Shown: piece after piece, positions 39,763 through 49,582 of the stretch
Layout: every line of letters starts with the position of its first letter
Position numbering within the stretch: position 1 is the stretch's first letter
Assembly: GCA_035622275.1 (NCBI GenBank)
Contig: DASPVQ010000001.1
Location: forward strand, 10,607-74,606
Direction: 5' to 3'
Source: Thermoplasmata archaeon
GTDB taxonomy: Archaea > Thermoplasmatota > Thermoplasmata > Lutacidiplasmatales > UBA184
DNA length: 64,000 nt
The notes under the pieces: generated by a model
Database searches by the model: none
Seen by the model: only the letters and a program-made list of their open reading frames with translations
Told to the model about the DNA's origin: nothing
Translations under genes and position numbers: made by a program

Positions 39763-40358
39763 GCGAGCCTTGCCGCGCATTCGTGCTTCTCGGGCATGCC
39801 TCGCGATTCCCCGAAAAGTTCGACCGACGCATCGAAGGAGTTCGCATCGTGGACCGGGTGTGCGCCCGCCTCTCGGACGCCGACTTCGAGCCGGCGTTGG
39901 TCTCGGTCCGCCCCCGCCCCGACAGTGACGTGCCGGTCCTCCTCGACCGCTACGACCGGGGGCCGCTCGGGGCCGTGCGAACCATCACCGAGGCGCGGGC
40001 GGGACCGTTCCTGCTCGTCGGCGGTGACATGCCCTTCCTGTCGGTCGCGGATCTGCGGGGCCTGCGGGAGCGGTACCGGCCGGGCACGTCGGTCGTTCCC
40101 CGATGGGCCGATGGTGCTCTCGAAGTGCTCCACGCCGTCTATGATATCACCCCGCCGCGGGCGGCCCGCGCCTGGGAGCGGGGCGCGTCGCTGCGGGACC
40201 TCGCGCGGAGCGAGCCGGGGGCGCTGTTCCCGGCTGCCGAGGAGTTCGACCCGTACACGTTCATCGACATCGACACGCCGGCCGACTGGGAGCGCTGGCG
40301 CGACGGGCCCCGGCGCGCCGGTTCCACGGACGCCGGAACCCGCCCCGCTCGCCGCTAG
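39759..40358 (+). CDS. mobA: molybdenum cofactor guanylyltransferase MobA-like
   Basis: GTGA overlap with the mobB stop. NTP-transferase fold (LLGHASRF...LLVGGDMPF). Confidence 0.75.
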   Translation: MSEPCRAFVLLGHASRFPEKFDRRIEGVRIVDRVCARLSDADFEPALVSVRPRPDSDVPVLLDRYDRGPLGAVRTITEARAGPFLLVGGDMPFLSVADLRGLRERYRPGTSVVPRWADGALEVLHAVYDITPPRAARAWERGASLRDLARSEPGALFPAAEEFDPYTFIDIDTPADWERWRDGPRRAGSTDAGTRPARR

Positions 40359-40388
40359 GGTTATCTCTCCCCTCCCGTCGAACCGCCA

Positions 40389-43300
40389 GTGCCGAGCGCC
40401 GAACCCGAGACCGGCGGGACCCGGATCTTCGGCGGTCTCGCGCGGGGCATCCTGCGCCACCCGTGGTACCCGATCCTCTTCTGGATCGTCCTCCTCATCG
40501 TCGCGATCCCGTTCCTCTCGCTGATCGGCTCGATCACCACGAACTCGACCGAGTCGACGCCGACGAACTCCCCGAGCGCCGTCGCCAGCGCCGAGCTCGC
40601 TCGGCTCTTCCCGAACTCGACGAGCGGAGCCGCGAGCACGATCCTGCTCGTGGGTCCGAACATGACCGACGCGAACGCCCAGCGCGTCGTCCTCAACATC
40701 ACCGCGGCGCTGAACGGGGATCGCTCGCTCACCGATATCGACTCGGTCGCCAACGTCTACTCCGGCTACACCAGCTATCTCACCGGTCAGGCACAGCTGG
40801 CGCTCGGCGTTATCGAGGGCGGCCTGGACGAGAGCCCGCCCGTGCCGGTCGCCGTGAATGAGTCCGCCGCGTTGCTCTGGGGCCCGCCCGCCACGTACGT
40901 GGCGGCGTGGACCACGGAGGTGGGCGGGGGCGCGGGGGCCCCCGCCGCGAACTACCCGGCGTACGTCGCGGCCCGTGCCCAGCTGGGGAGCGACACGCCG
41001 GCGCTCGCCGTGCTCGGGGCGTTCTACTACGGTGCGAGCGGCGCCGCCGGGTTCAACAACTCCTCGGCCTGCTGGACGCTCGCGGAAGTCGTGGCGTGCT
41101 CGGACGCCGTCGCGCGGGCGACCGTGGCCGGACTCGTGCCGACCCTGTTGCCCGATCCGAGTCTCGGGGCGACGGTGCTCGGTACGCTCGGGATCGAGAA
41201 CTTCACGAGCTGGTCGGCCGTTCGCACGACGACGTCGATCGCGCTCGGCGCCGGCGCGGGGCTCGCGGGCACGTGGATCGCGACGGTCTGGGAGGCGTTC
41301 CCGGCGCTCGCCCCCCCACCCGGCGCCCTGGCGAGCTGGACCGCGGGTCTCGTCGCGAACGCGACCCTCGCCGCCGAGCCGCTACCGGTGCCGTATGCGA
41401 TCCGCTCGCCGTTCGTCGATCCCAGCGGGACCGCCCAGATCATCCAGGTCACCTTCACGGTCAGCGACTCGACCACGAATGCCTCGGGCGGAATGCCGGT
41501 CTACGCGGACCTCGGTCGGATCGACGACCTGGTGCCGGCCGTGCTGGCCGCGTCGGACCCGACGCACTCAATCACCTACTACCAGACGGGCTCGGCGCCC
41601 CTCGACCTGCTGACGCAGACCGCCGTGAGCTCCTCGATCTCCCTCGTCCTGCCGCTGACGGTCGGACTGCTGCTCGTCATCGCGATGCTCTACTTCCGCT
41701 CCCCGATGACCCCGATCGTCACGTTCGGGATCCTCGGCGTCGCCCTGGTCCTCGGGCTGGGCGGCACCGTCCTCATCGGCGAGCTCGTGACCCACGTCGA
41801 CACCACCTCGCTCACCCTCGAGGAGGTGTTCGTCCTCGGCGTGGGGACCGACTACTCGGTCTTCATGGTCGCCCGGTACCGCGAGGAGCTGGTCCGCGGC
41901 CGCAGCTCCGACGAAGCGATCGTCGCGTCGTTGTCCTGGGCCGGCCAGTCGGTGGCCACGAGCGGATCGACCGCGATCATCGCCACCCTCGCGCTCACGT
42001 TCAGCGGCGTCGCCCTGCTCGCGCAGTGGGGCGCGGTCCTGTCGCTCGCGATCCTGATCACCGTGCTCGTCTCGCTGACGATGGTGCCGGCCTGCCTCAA
42101 GCTGGTCGGGCCGCGCATCTTCTGGCCGACGACCGGCGAGCGTTTCCGACGTCGCGCCGCGCTCGTCGCCGAGCGCAACCGCACGGAGCAGACGTACTTC
42201 TACCGGGCCGGTCGCGCGACGCAGCGCCACCCGGCCCTGACGGTGGGCGGCATCCTCGCGCTGTCGGTCCCGTTGATCCTGATCGCGCTCCAGGTGCCCC
42301 TCTCCTACGACTTCTATCAGCAGCTCCCGGGCGGCCACCCCGCCACCGAGGGCCTGGACGAACTCGGCGAGCACTTCGGTCCCGGCTTCGCGGTCCCCTC
42401 GTTCGCGCTCGTGACGTTCTCGGCGCCGCTGCGCGTGGGCACGGCCACGAACGCGACGGAGTTCACCGACCTCGCGGCACTGACGGCCATCGCCAATTCG
42501 ACCCCGGGCATCGCCCACGTCGCCTCGCCGGTCGGCCCCGGGGGAGCGTCGCTGTCCGAGTGGCTCGCGCTGCCCACGCTCCCGAGCGCCACCCAGCAGA
42601 ACCTGATCGGCCTGCTCGCGGGCTACGTCGGCACCGACGGACGCACCGTGCTGCTCTCGCTCCAGCCGTCGGCGACCGGCCTCTCCGTCGGGGCCGTGAG
42701 CGCGATCGATGCCGTGCGATCCGGCTTCGCGGGCTACGCGGCCGGCCACCCGGAGGTCGCGTCGGTCGCCTACGGGGGGGGAGCGCCGACGATCAGCGAC
42801 CTCGCGACGGAGACCGCGACCGCGACCGACTACCTCGTCATCGCCGTGTCGATCGGACTGTTGCTCGTGCTCCTGGTCGTGCTGCGCTCCTGGATCATCG
42901 CGCTGATGGCGATCGCGACGATCGGGATCTCCATCAGCTGGGCGTGGGCGATCACCTACCTCGTCTTTCAGGGACTCCTCGGCTTCCCCCTGTTCTTCTA
43001 CGTTCGGACGATCCTGTTCATCCTGATCCTCGGCCTGGGCATCGACTACAACATCTTCCTGTTGACCCGGGTGCGGGAGGAACGGGTGCGGGGACGGACG
43101 GCCGGCGACGCGGCGGTCGAGGCGGTCGGAAGGACCGGCGGCATCATCACCGCGGCCGCCCTGATCCTCGCCTGCGCCTTCGGCGCTCTGCTCGTCGGGG
43201 AGTTCACGCTGATCCGGGCGATCGGGTTCTCCGTCGCCGTGGCGGTCATCCTGGACGCGATGGTCGTGCGGACCTACCTGGTCCCCGCCTCCCTCCAGTT

Positions 43301-43421
43301 GCTCGGGGAGCGGGTGTGGAGCCTCACCGGCCGCCGGCCGGGCGCTCCGGCGCCGACCCCGGCGGCCGCGGACCCGGCGCCGGCCGAGGCGGCCGGCCGC
43401 CCGGCGCCGCCTAGCTCCTGA
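40389..43421 (+). CDS. MMPL/RND-superfamily membrane transporter (1010 aa)
   Basis: Two MMPL modules (GVGTDYSVFMVARYREE, GLGIDYNIFLLTRVREE) and ~12 TM segments. Confidence 0.85.
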   Translation: MPSAEPETGGTRIFGGLARGILRHPWYPILFWIVLLIVAIPFLSLIGSITTNSTESTPTNSPSAVASAELARLFPNSTSGAASTILLVGPNMTDANAQRVVLNITAALNGDRSLTDIDSVANVYSGYTSYLTGQAQLALGVIEGGLDESPPVPVAVNESAALLWGPPATYVAAWTTEVGGGAGAPAANYPAYVAARAQLGSDTPALAVLGAFYYGASGAAGFNNSSACWTLAEVVACSDAVARATVAGLVPTLLPDPSLGATVLGTLGIENFTSWSAVRTTTSIALGAGAGLAGTWIATVWEAFPALAPPPGALASWTAGLVANATLAAEPLPVPYAIRSPFVDPSGTAQIIQVTFTVSDSTTNASGGMPVYADLGRIDDLVPAVLAASDPTHSITYYQTGSAPLDLLTQTAVSSSISLVLPLTVGLLLVIAMLYFRSPMTPIVTFGILGVALVLGLGGTVLIGELVTHVDTTSLTLEEVFVLGVGTDYSVFMVARYREELVRGRSSDEAIVASLSWAGQSVATSGSTAIIATLALTFSGVALLAQWGAVLSLAILITVLVSLTMVPACLKLVGPRIFWPTTGERFRRRAALVAERNRTEQTYFYRAGRATQRHPALTVGGILALSVPLILIALQVPLSYDFYQQLPGGHPATEGLDELGEHFGPGFAVPSFALVTFSAPLRVGTATNATEFTDLAALTAIANSTPGIAHVASPVGPGGASLSEWLALPTLPSATQQNLIGLLAGYVGTDGRTVLLSLQPSATGLSVGAVSAIDAVRSGFAGYAAGHPEVASVAYGGGAPTISDLATETATATDYLVIAVSIGLLLVLLVVLRSWIIALMAIATIGISISWAWAITYLVFQGLLGFPLFFYVRTILFILILGLGIDYNIFLLTRVREERVRGRTAGDAAVEAVGRTGGIITAAALILACAFGALLVGEFTLIRAIGFSVAVAVILDAMVVRTYLVPASLQLLGERVWSLTGRRPGAPAPTPAAADPAPAEAAGRPAPPSS

Positions 43422-43851
43422 GGAACGCCGCGCGCGCCCGGGCGATGTGCTCCTCGGGCGACGACGAGTCGACGACGTCGATCACCCGGCCGCCCGCGTC
43501 GATCAGGAAGGTGACGCGACGGGCCGAGCCCCGGGGGCCGAGCACCCCGTAGCGACCGGCCACGTCCTTGGACGTGTCCGCGATCAGCGGGAACGGGAGC
43601 CCGTACTTGTCGCGGAACGCCTTCTGGGCCGGGCAGTCGTCGATGCTCACCCCGACCACGTTCACCTTCTTCGCCTGGAACTCGCCGTAGACGTCCCGGA
43701 ATCCCTTGGCCTCGATCGTGCAGCCGGGCGTGTCGGCCCGCGGATAGAAGTACAGGACGACCGGCGCACCCCGCAGTCCGGCCAGGTGGAACGGGCGGCC
43801 GTCGAAGTTCGGCGCGGTGAAGTCCGGGGCGGTCTCTCCGATGGCGACCAT
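43411..43851 (-). CDS. bcp: peroxiredoxin Bcp (thioredoxin-dependent thiol peroxidase)
   Basis: PxDFTxxxxxG...FYPRADTPGCT motif. Start at the internal ATG of ORF 43411..44298. Confidence 0.85.
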   Translation of the reverse strand: MVAIGETAPDFTAPNFDGRPFHLAGLRGAPVVLYFYPRADTPGCTIEAKGFRDVYGEFQAKKVNVVGVSIDDCPAQKAFRDKYGLPFPLIADTSKDVAGRYGVLGPRGSARRVTFLIDAGGRVIDVVDSSSPEEHIARARAAFLRS

Positions 43852-43904
43852 CGCGCGCCCATCGGAGCGAGCGTATTTGAGCGGTGCCGGCGGGCCTGAC
43901 GTCC

Positions 43905-44141
43905 CTAGGCGCTGGAGACCGTGACGAGAGTCTCGGTCGACTTGATGCCAGGGATCGAGCGGATCTTGTGGACGACGGTGTCGAGCGCCTCGTTGATGCG
44001 GGGCGCCTGGACCTTGACGATGAGATCGAACGGGCCCGTGACCGCCTGGACCTCCGTGACGCCGGGAACCGCCCGCATGCGCCGCAGCACGTCCTCGAGC
44101 CGCCCGATCTCGATCTCGACCAGGAGGTACAGTGTCTCCAC
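43905..44141 (-). CDS. Lrp/AsnC-family ligand-binding (RAM) domain protein, stand-alone
   Basis: 78 aa with GTG start. AsnC C-terminal domain pattern. Confidence 0.7.
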   Translation of the reverse strand: METLYLLVEIEIGRLEDVLRRMRAVPGVTEVQAVTGPFDLIVKVQAPRINEALDTVVHKIRSIPGIKSTETLVTVSSA

Positions 44142-44269
44142 CGGCCCATCCTCGCCGGGCGGCGAATGGGGCGCCCTTCATCAAGCTAGCGCGCCGGCGG
44201 GCCGGAGCCGCCGCGTCCCCGGCCGGCGTGTCCCAAAGTCTTAAGGGCGGCGCGGGACCGACGGGAGCG

Positions 44270-45487
44270 ATGGAACTGCGCCTGCCCGACACGCTCACGG
44301 GTCGGCGGCGGCCGGTGCCTCACCTCCCCGGCCGGGGGGTCACGCTCTACGTCTGCGGTCCGACCGTCTACGACCGCGCGCACGTCGGGCACGCACGGAC
44401 CTACCTCTACTTCGACATCGCCCGCCGCTTCCTGGAGGCCGAGGGGCTGCGCGTACGCCACGTCATGAACATCACCGACTTCGAGGACAAGATCGACGCG
44501 CGCGCGCGCGAGCTCGGGATGAGCTGGCGGGCGCTCGCCGGGCGCGAGGAGCGCCGATTCCTGCGCGACCTCCGCGCGCTCGGAATCCGCCTGCCCGGTC
44601 GGTGCCCGCGCGCGAGCGCGTTCGTGCCGCAGATGATCCGGGTCGGGCGGCAGCTCGAGCGGACGGGCCGGGTCCGCGCCGAAGGGGACGAGCAGATCTA
44701 CTCGCCGCCGCCTCGGCCGCCGGGCACGAACTTCTCCACGGACCGTCAGCTCGCGAGCCACGCGGTCGCCGAGCCGGGCCACCCGTTCCCGTCCACGGGG
44801 GCCGGCGTCGGCGAGTTCATGATCTGGCGGCGACAGGGCCCGCCCAAGCCGTCGTGGCCCAGCCCGTGGGGACGCGGCGTGCCCGGCTGGCACCTCGAGT
44901 GCTACGCGATGGCCCAGCGGTACCTCGGCCTGCCGGTCGACCTGCACGGAGGCGCGATCGACCTGATCTACCCGCACCACTACGCCGAGAACGAGATCGC
45001 GCTCGCCCTGCGGGGCACCCGATTTTCCCGGGTCTTCCTCCACACCGGCTTCGTGCTGCTCGACGGCGCGAAGATGTCGAAGTCGGTGGGCAACCTCGTG
45101 CCGTTGCGAACCGCCCTCGACCAGGTCGGGCCGGGCCCGCTGCGCTGGTACCTGCTCGGCACGCCCCTTTCGAAGCGACTCGCGTGGGATCCACGGGCCC
45201 TGGCCCGGGCGCAGGCGGAGTTCCGGACGGTCCGCCGCGCCGTGCGTTCGTTCGTCCGGGCTGTACCGTCCGGTCGCGGCCGTTCGGCGTCCGTTCGCGC
45301 GCTGTCGGAGGGGATCCGTCGGGATCTCGCGTCGGGGCTCGCGGTCGAGCGTGCCTACGATCGGCTCCGCCGCTGGGCCGCGCGGCGACCGCGAGGCGCC
45401 GGCGGGCGAGCCGCGCCCGGCGAGCGGTCGGCCGCCCGGGCCGCGCTCCTCGATATCCAGGAACGGACCGGACTCCCGCTGCTCTAG
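44270..45487 (+). CDS. cysS: cysteine--tRNA ligase-like class I aminoacyl-tRNA synthetase (short, 406 aa)
   Basis: YVCGPTVYDRAHVGHARTY (HIGH), WHLECYAM zinc site and KMSKS. The C-terminal anticodon-binding region is shorter than usual. A CTTAAG element lies ~27 nt upstream. Confidence 0.75.
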   Translation: MELRLPDTLTGRRRPVPHLPGRGVTLYVCGPTVYDRAHVGHARTYLYFDIARRFLEAEGLRVRHVMNITDFEDKIDARARELGMSWRALAGREERRFLRDLRALGIRLPGRCPRASAFVPQMIRVGRQLERTGRVRAEGDEQIYSPPPRPPGTNFSTDRQLASHAVAEPGHPFPSTGAGVGEFMIWRRQGPPKPSWPSPWGRGVPGWHLECYAMAQRYLGLPVDLHGGAIDLIYPHHYAENEIALALRGTRFSRVFLHTGFVLLDGAKMSKSVGNLVPLRTALDQVGPGPLRWYLLGTPLSKRLAWDPRALARAQAEFRTVRRAVRSFVRAVPSGRGRSASVRALSEGIRRDLASGLAVERAYDRLRRWAARRPRGAGGRAAPGERSAARAALLDIQERTGLPLL

Positions 45488-46689
45488 AGTCCCGCTCGAT
45501 CGACGGCCAGGCTGAGGCCGTTGCCGCCCCCCATGCAGAGCGTGGCCAGTCCGAGCTGGGTGCGGGACCGGACGAGCTCGTGGACCAGGCTCACGACGAT
45601 CCGAGCACCGCTCGCGCCGATCGGGTGACCGAGCGCGACCGCCCCGCCGTGGACGTTGAACTGCTCCTCGGTGAACCCGAACGTCCGCTGGACGGCGAGC
45701 GACGCCGATGCATAGGCCTCGTTGTGCTCCACCCGGTCGAACGACGCCGGACCGAGGCCGGTCCGGCTGAAGTGCTTGCGGAGGGTCGGGATCGGCGACT
45801 CCATGACGTCGCGGGGGTGGACCCCGCTCTCCGCGGCCGAGTGGATCCACGCGAGCGGCCGCGCCCCGCGTTCGCGGACCTCGCGGGCGCTGACGAGCAG
45901 GAGCGCGGCGGCACCGTCGGAGAGCTTGGAGGAGTTGCCGGCGGTCAGGACCCCGTCGGGTTGGAAGGCCGGCGGCAAGCGGGCGAGCTTCTCGAGCGTG
46001 GTGTCCGCGCGGGGGGCCTCGTCGTGGTCGAGTCCCGTCCCGCCCGGCGTGAGGCTGGGCGGCACGGCCTCGAGCTCGCTGCGGAACGTCCCCTCGGCCG
46101 TCGCCCGCGAGGCCCGAAGGTGGCTGCGCAATCCGAAGGCGTCGACCTCCGCGCGGGTGAGCCCGAACTTCCTCGCCACCCGTTCACCCGTGAGGCCCAT
46201 GATCTCGTGCTCGTCGTACGCGTCGATCAGGGCGTCCCGCTGCATGCCGTCGTCGAGCGTGTGGGGACCGGGCAGGCTGCCCCAGCGCAGCGCGCCCGGC
46301 AACAGGTACGGCGCCATCGACATGCTCTCCATGGCCCCGACGAGCACCCGGTCGAAGTCGCCGGCGCGGATCGCCGCGTAACCGAGGTGGATCGCCTTCA
46401 TTCCCGAGCCGCAGACCATGTTGATCGTCGCGGCGCCGACCTCGTCAGGGACCCCCGCCCCGCGCAGGACCTGTCGTGCCGGGTTCTGGCCGACGCCGGC
46501 CTGGATCGCCTGACCGAACAGCACCTCCTCCACCTCGCCGGCGGCGACGTCCGCCCGGGCCAGCGCCGAACGCGCCACGAGGGCGCCGAGGGCAGGGGCC
46601 GGCACAGCGCGCAGCGTCCCTCCGAACCGACCGATCGGGGTTCGGACGGCGGACAGGATGGCGACGCGATGCTCCGGCTCGCTCCCCAT
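45484..46689 (-). CDS. acetyl-CoA acetyltransferase (thiolase II)
   Basis: 401 aa. Catalytic-Cys region NMVCGSGMKA. C-terminal GGGNGLSLAV. Confidence 0.9.
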   Translation of the reverse strand: MGSEPEHRVAILSAVRTPIGRFGGTLRAVPAPALGALVARSALARADVAAGEVEEVLFGQAIQAGVGQNPARQVLRGAGVPDEVGAATINMVCGSGMKAIHLGYAAIRAGDFDRVLVGAMESMSMAPYLLPGALRWGSLPGPHTLDDGMQRDALIDAYDEHEIMGLTGERVARKFGLTRAEVDAFGLRSHLRASRATAEGTFRSELEAVPPSLTPGGTGLDHDEAPRADTTLEKLARLPPAFQPDGVLTAGNSSKLSDGAAALLLVSAREVRERGARPLAWIHSAAESGVHPRDVMESPIPTLRKHFSRTGLGPASFDRVEHNEAYASASLAVQRTFGFTEEQFNVHGGAVALGHPIGASGARIVVSLVHELVRSRTQLGLATLCMGGGNGLSLAVDRAGL

Positions 46690-46749
46690 GTTCGTTCGAT
46701 CTCGCGGAGGAAGGCCGGAGGTGGGCGGCGCGCCGCGGGAAGCGGTCCG

Positions 46750-47481
46750 TCAGTCCTCTTCCACGCGCGGCGCGAGCAGGTAGCGGCCGTCGCCCCGGCC
46801 CCCGCTCATGCCGAACTCCACCTTGAGCGGGTACTCGTTGCCGACGTGGAGGGTCGTCTCGTCCGCGGCGATGGACTTCACCATGGCGGAGAAGAAATCG
46901 AGCGGGTACATGCTCTTCACCGGCTCCTTCGCGTCGAGCCGGGTGAGGTTCTCCTTCGGGATCCTCAGGTCGAGACGGTCCGTCTCGCCCTCGGAGTGCA
47001 TCGTGAACGCCTCGGGATCGACGGTCAGCGTGACATGATCGGTGAAGCTCTCGCTGCCCCGGATGCCCTGGCGGAGGTCCTCGGTCTTGACCGTGACACT
47101 TGCCGGAGGGTTCACGTTCGGCACCTTCGGATCCGTGATGCCCGCGGGATCGACGACCGCCATCTGCCGCGTCACTCGGCCGATCGACGCGACGAGCCGG
47201 TTCTTGCCGTCGAACTGGAAGTCGATGATGTCGCCCGGCTTGGAGAGCCGGAGCACCTCCTTGAGCTTCTCGATGTCGACGCCGATCTCCGTGGGTTCGC
47301 CCGTGAATTCCTCGAACACCGTCTTCTGCAGCTTGAGGACCAGCATGGCGACGTGGGACGGGTCGACCGCCTTGGCCTCGAGACCGTCCTTGGAGATCCC
47401 CAGCTTCACCTCGCTCACGAGGGTCGAGACGACCTCGACCACCTCGCGGAGGTTCTCCATCTTCATGCGGAGCTTGAACAT
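46750..47481 (-). CDS. pcn: DNA polymerase sliding clamp PCNA
   Basis: 243 aa with the archaeal PCNA pattern. Internal ATG of ORF 46750..47913. A TAAAAAG element lies ~35 nt upstream. Confidence 0.9.
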   Translation of the reverse strand: MFKLRMKMENLREVVEVVSTLVSEVKLGISKDGLEAKAVDPSHVAMLVLKLQKTVFEEFTGEPTEIGVDIEKLKEVLRLSKPGDIIDFQFDGKNRLVASIGRVTRQMAVVDPAGITDPKVPNVNPPASVTVKTEDLRQGIRGSESFTDHVTLTVDPEAFTMHSEGETDRLDLRIPKENLTRLDAKEPVKSMYPLDFFSAMVKSIAADETTLHVGNEYPLKVEFGMSGGRGDGRYLLAPRVEED

Positions 47482-47514
47482 CCGAAACCTCGGCGCGCGA
47501 CACAACGGCCCCCC

Positions 47515-47521
47515 TAAAAAG
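47515..47521 (-). promoter_or_regulatory. CTTTTTA TATA-like box upstream of PCNA
   Basis: Only A/T run in the PCNA/AlaX divergent spacer. Confidence 0.4.
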
Positions 47522-47580
47522 CCTTCTTCGCCGCCGCCGACGGAGCAACGCGTTTCCGCACCGGAGCCTGGCCGCGAGAG

Positions 47581-48339
47581 ATGACCGAGCTCGCGTATCT
47601 CCCCGACATGCCGGCCGCCTACGTGCGCGACTTCCGCGCGCGGATCACCGCGCTCCCGCCCGGGGGGGTGGTGCTCGAGCGCACCTACTTCTATCCGACG
47701 GGGGGCGGCCAGCCGGCCGACCACGGCGAGCTGCGGGCGCCGGGCGGTCGGCCGCTCGCAGTGGTCGACGTCACGAAGTCCGGGCCGGCGGTGGTCCATC
47801 GACTGTCGGGGCCGCTCGAGGCGATGCGGGCGCTGAGCGTCGGCGGCGAGGTCGAGGCGCGGATCGACTGGGAGCGCCGGTACCGGCACATGCGACTGCA
47901 CACCGGACAACACCTGCTCAGCGCCTGCATCTACCGGCGGTGCGGCGTGCGCACGCTCCGGGCGGCCCTCGCCGGCGCCGGCGCGACGCTCGACCTGGAA
48001 CGCCCGCTCCCGCCGGAGGCGCGCGAAGCGCTCGAGGGGGACGTGCGAGAGGCCATCGAAGCGTCACGACCCGTCTCGATCCGCAGCCTTCCCCGCGGGG
48101 AGTGGGACGCCCAGCCCGACGCCGGCCGCTCCGGACTCGTGCCGCTCGCGCCCCAGGTCGATCCGGTCCGGGTGGTCGTCATCGACGGGACGGATCAATG
48201 CCCGTGCGGAGGCACGCACGTCCGCTCGACCGGAGAGATCGGGGGCCTCCGGCTGCGTCCGTTCGCGCCGAGGCCCGATGGCGCCGTGCGCGTCGCCTTC
48301 AGCCTGGAGGGGGGCGCGCCTTCCACTCCGAGCGAGTGA
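47581..48339 (+). CDS. alaX: alanyl-tRNA editing protein AlaX (AlaRS editing-domain homolog)
   Basis: ERTYFYPTGGGQPADHG, HTGQHLL and CPCGGTH zinc motifs of the AlaRS/ThrRS editing domain. Confidence 0.8.
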   Translation: MTELAYLPDMPAAYVRDFRARITALPPGGVVLERTYFYPTGGGQPADHGELRAPGGRPLAVVDVTKSGPAVVHRLSGPLEAMRALSVGGEVEARIDWERRYRHMRLHTGQHLLSACIYRRCGVRTLRAALAGAGATLDLERPLPPEAREALEGDVREAIEASRPVSIRSLPRGEWDAQPDAGRSGLVPLAPQVDPVRVVVIDGTDQCPCGGTHVRSTGEIGGLRLRPFAPRPDGAVRVAFSLEGGAPSTPSE

Positions 48340-48850
48340 CGCCGTAGACGAGCACGTCGTGCCACCGACCGTGGTGGAAGAGCGCGGAGCGCAGCAGGCC
48401 CTCGCGCCGGAGGCCGAGGCCCTCGAGCAGTCGGAACGACGGGACGTTCTCCACGTCGCAGGTCGCACCCACCCGCTCGACGGAGGTGGTCGCGAACAGG
48501 TGGCCGACCAGCAGACCGACCGCCTCGCGACCGTAGCCCTTCCCGCGGGTCGCGCGGTCGCCGAGCACGTACCATACGTCGAGGTACTCGAGCACCGGAT
48601 GCGCCCGGTAGTATCCCACAAACCCGATCGGGCCGGGTCGCTCGCGGCGTTCGACAACGAATCGGGGCGCGAGGGACGCCGAGTCCGACGCGGCGGACTC
48701 GACCGCGGCGACGAAGGTATCGAGCGTATCGACCTCGAAGCGGTCGAACGGCGCGACGATCTCGGGGTCGTTGTACCAGGAGAACAGCAGCGGGTACTCT
48801 GCGGCGGCGAGCGGCCGGAGCCGGACGGCCGGACCCTCGAGCACCACCAT
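48299..48850 (-). CDS. GNAT family N-acetyltransferase (RimJ/RimL-like)
   Basis: 183 aa from the internal ATG. Acetyl-CoA-binding RGKGYGREA motif. Overlaps alaX convergently. Confidence 0.8.
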   Translation of the reverse strand: MVVLEGPAVRLRPLAAAEYPLLFSWYNDPEIVAPFDRFEVDTLDTFVAAVESAASDSASLAPRFVVERRERPGPIGFVGYYRAHPVLEYLDVWYVLGDRATRGKGYGREAVGLLVGHLFATTSVERVGATCDVENVPSFRLLEGLGLRREGLLRSALFHHGRWHDVLVYGVTRSEWKARPPPG

Positions 48851-48858
48851 CGCGGCGC

Positions 48859-49242
48859 TCAGACGCTCGTCGCGCCGTCCCGTGTGCCCCGGGCCGCCCC
48901 GCTCTCCGAGCCGTCGGGCGGGGCCTCGGAGTCGTCGGGGATCGCGCCGGTCAACTCGCGCAGATGCTCGAGCGCCTTGCGATGGCCGGTGGGCGTCAGC
49001 GAGAAGACATGCTTCGGCTCGGAGTAGCCGACCACGTACTGCGTTCGCCGAAACACCATCCGCGACATCTCGAGCGAGCGCAGCGCGTTCTTCAGCGTCG
49101 CCGGGTCCTCGTTCGAGAACTTCCGCGCGATGCCGAACTCGGTCGTCCACTGGTCCGCCTCGAAGCGGATCTGCTGGCCGCGATGCTCGAGGAGATGGAG
49201 CAGGAGGGAGCGCTCGAGCCGCTCGAGATCCTGCTCTGCCAT
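48859..49242 (-). CDS. winged-helix DNA-binding protein, hypothetical
   Basis: 127 aa, wHTH-like (FGIARKFSNEDPATLKNALRSLEMSRMV). Confidence 0.55.
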   Translation of the reverse strand: MAEQDLERLERSLLLHLLEHRGQQIRFEADQWTTEFGIARKFSNEDPATLKNALRSLEMSRMVFRRTQYVVGYSEPKHVFSLTPTGHRKALEHLRELTGAIPDDSEAPPDGSESGAARGTRDGATSV

Positions 49243-49260
49243 CTCCCGTCCGGCCGGCGA

Positions 49261-49485
49261 TCAGGAGATCGTCGTAATCTCGTAGTTCACGTCGAGCCCC
49301 TTGAGGCGGGCGTGCATGTCCGCGACGAGTCGAATGACGCCGTCCAGGGAGGCCCGGTCCTTCCACTTGTAGACGAAGTCGTGCATGCCCATCGACTCCT
49401 CGAATCCCAACTGGCGCATGACCTCCATGACCTTGAGCGGGTCCGCCCCTTCCGAGTGGAAGGTCATTCGGACGTACGTACGCAT
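49261..49485 (-). CDS. small conserved hypothetical protein (74 aa)
   Basis: C-terminal part of ORF 49261..49773. The upstream part is rejected because it overlaps the epimerase start and TATA box and is compositionally junk. Confidence 0.45.
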   Translation of the reverse strand: MRTYVRMTFHSEGADPLKVMEVMRQLGFEESMGMHDFVYKWKDRASLDGVIRLVADMHARLKGLDVNYEITTIS

Positions 49486-49546
49486 GGGTTCACGCACCGA
49501 GACCGAGGCCGCCGGGAGCCGGCCATCGAGTTTAGGCGGCCGTTCG

Positions 49547-49554
49547 TTTATATA
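49547..49554. promoter_or_regulatory. TTTATATA box
   Basis: 29 nt upstream of epimerase ATG 49583, consistent with a leaderless transcript. Confidence 0.5.
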
Positions 49555-49582
49555 TGCTTCCCTGAGTGGTCGACCGCCCGGC

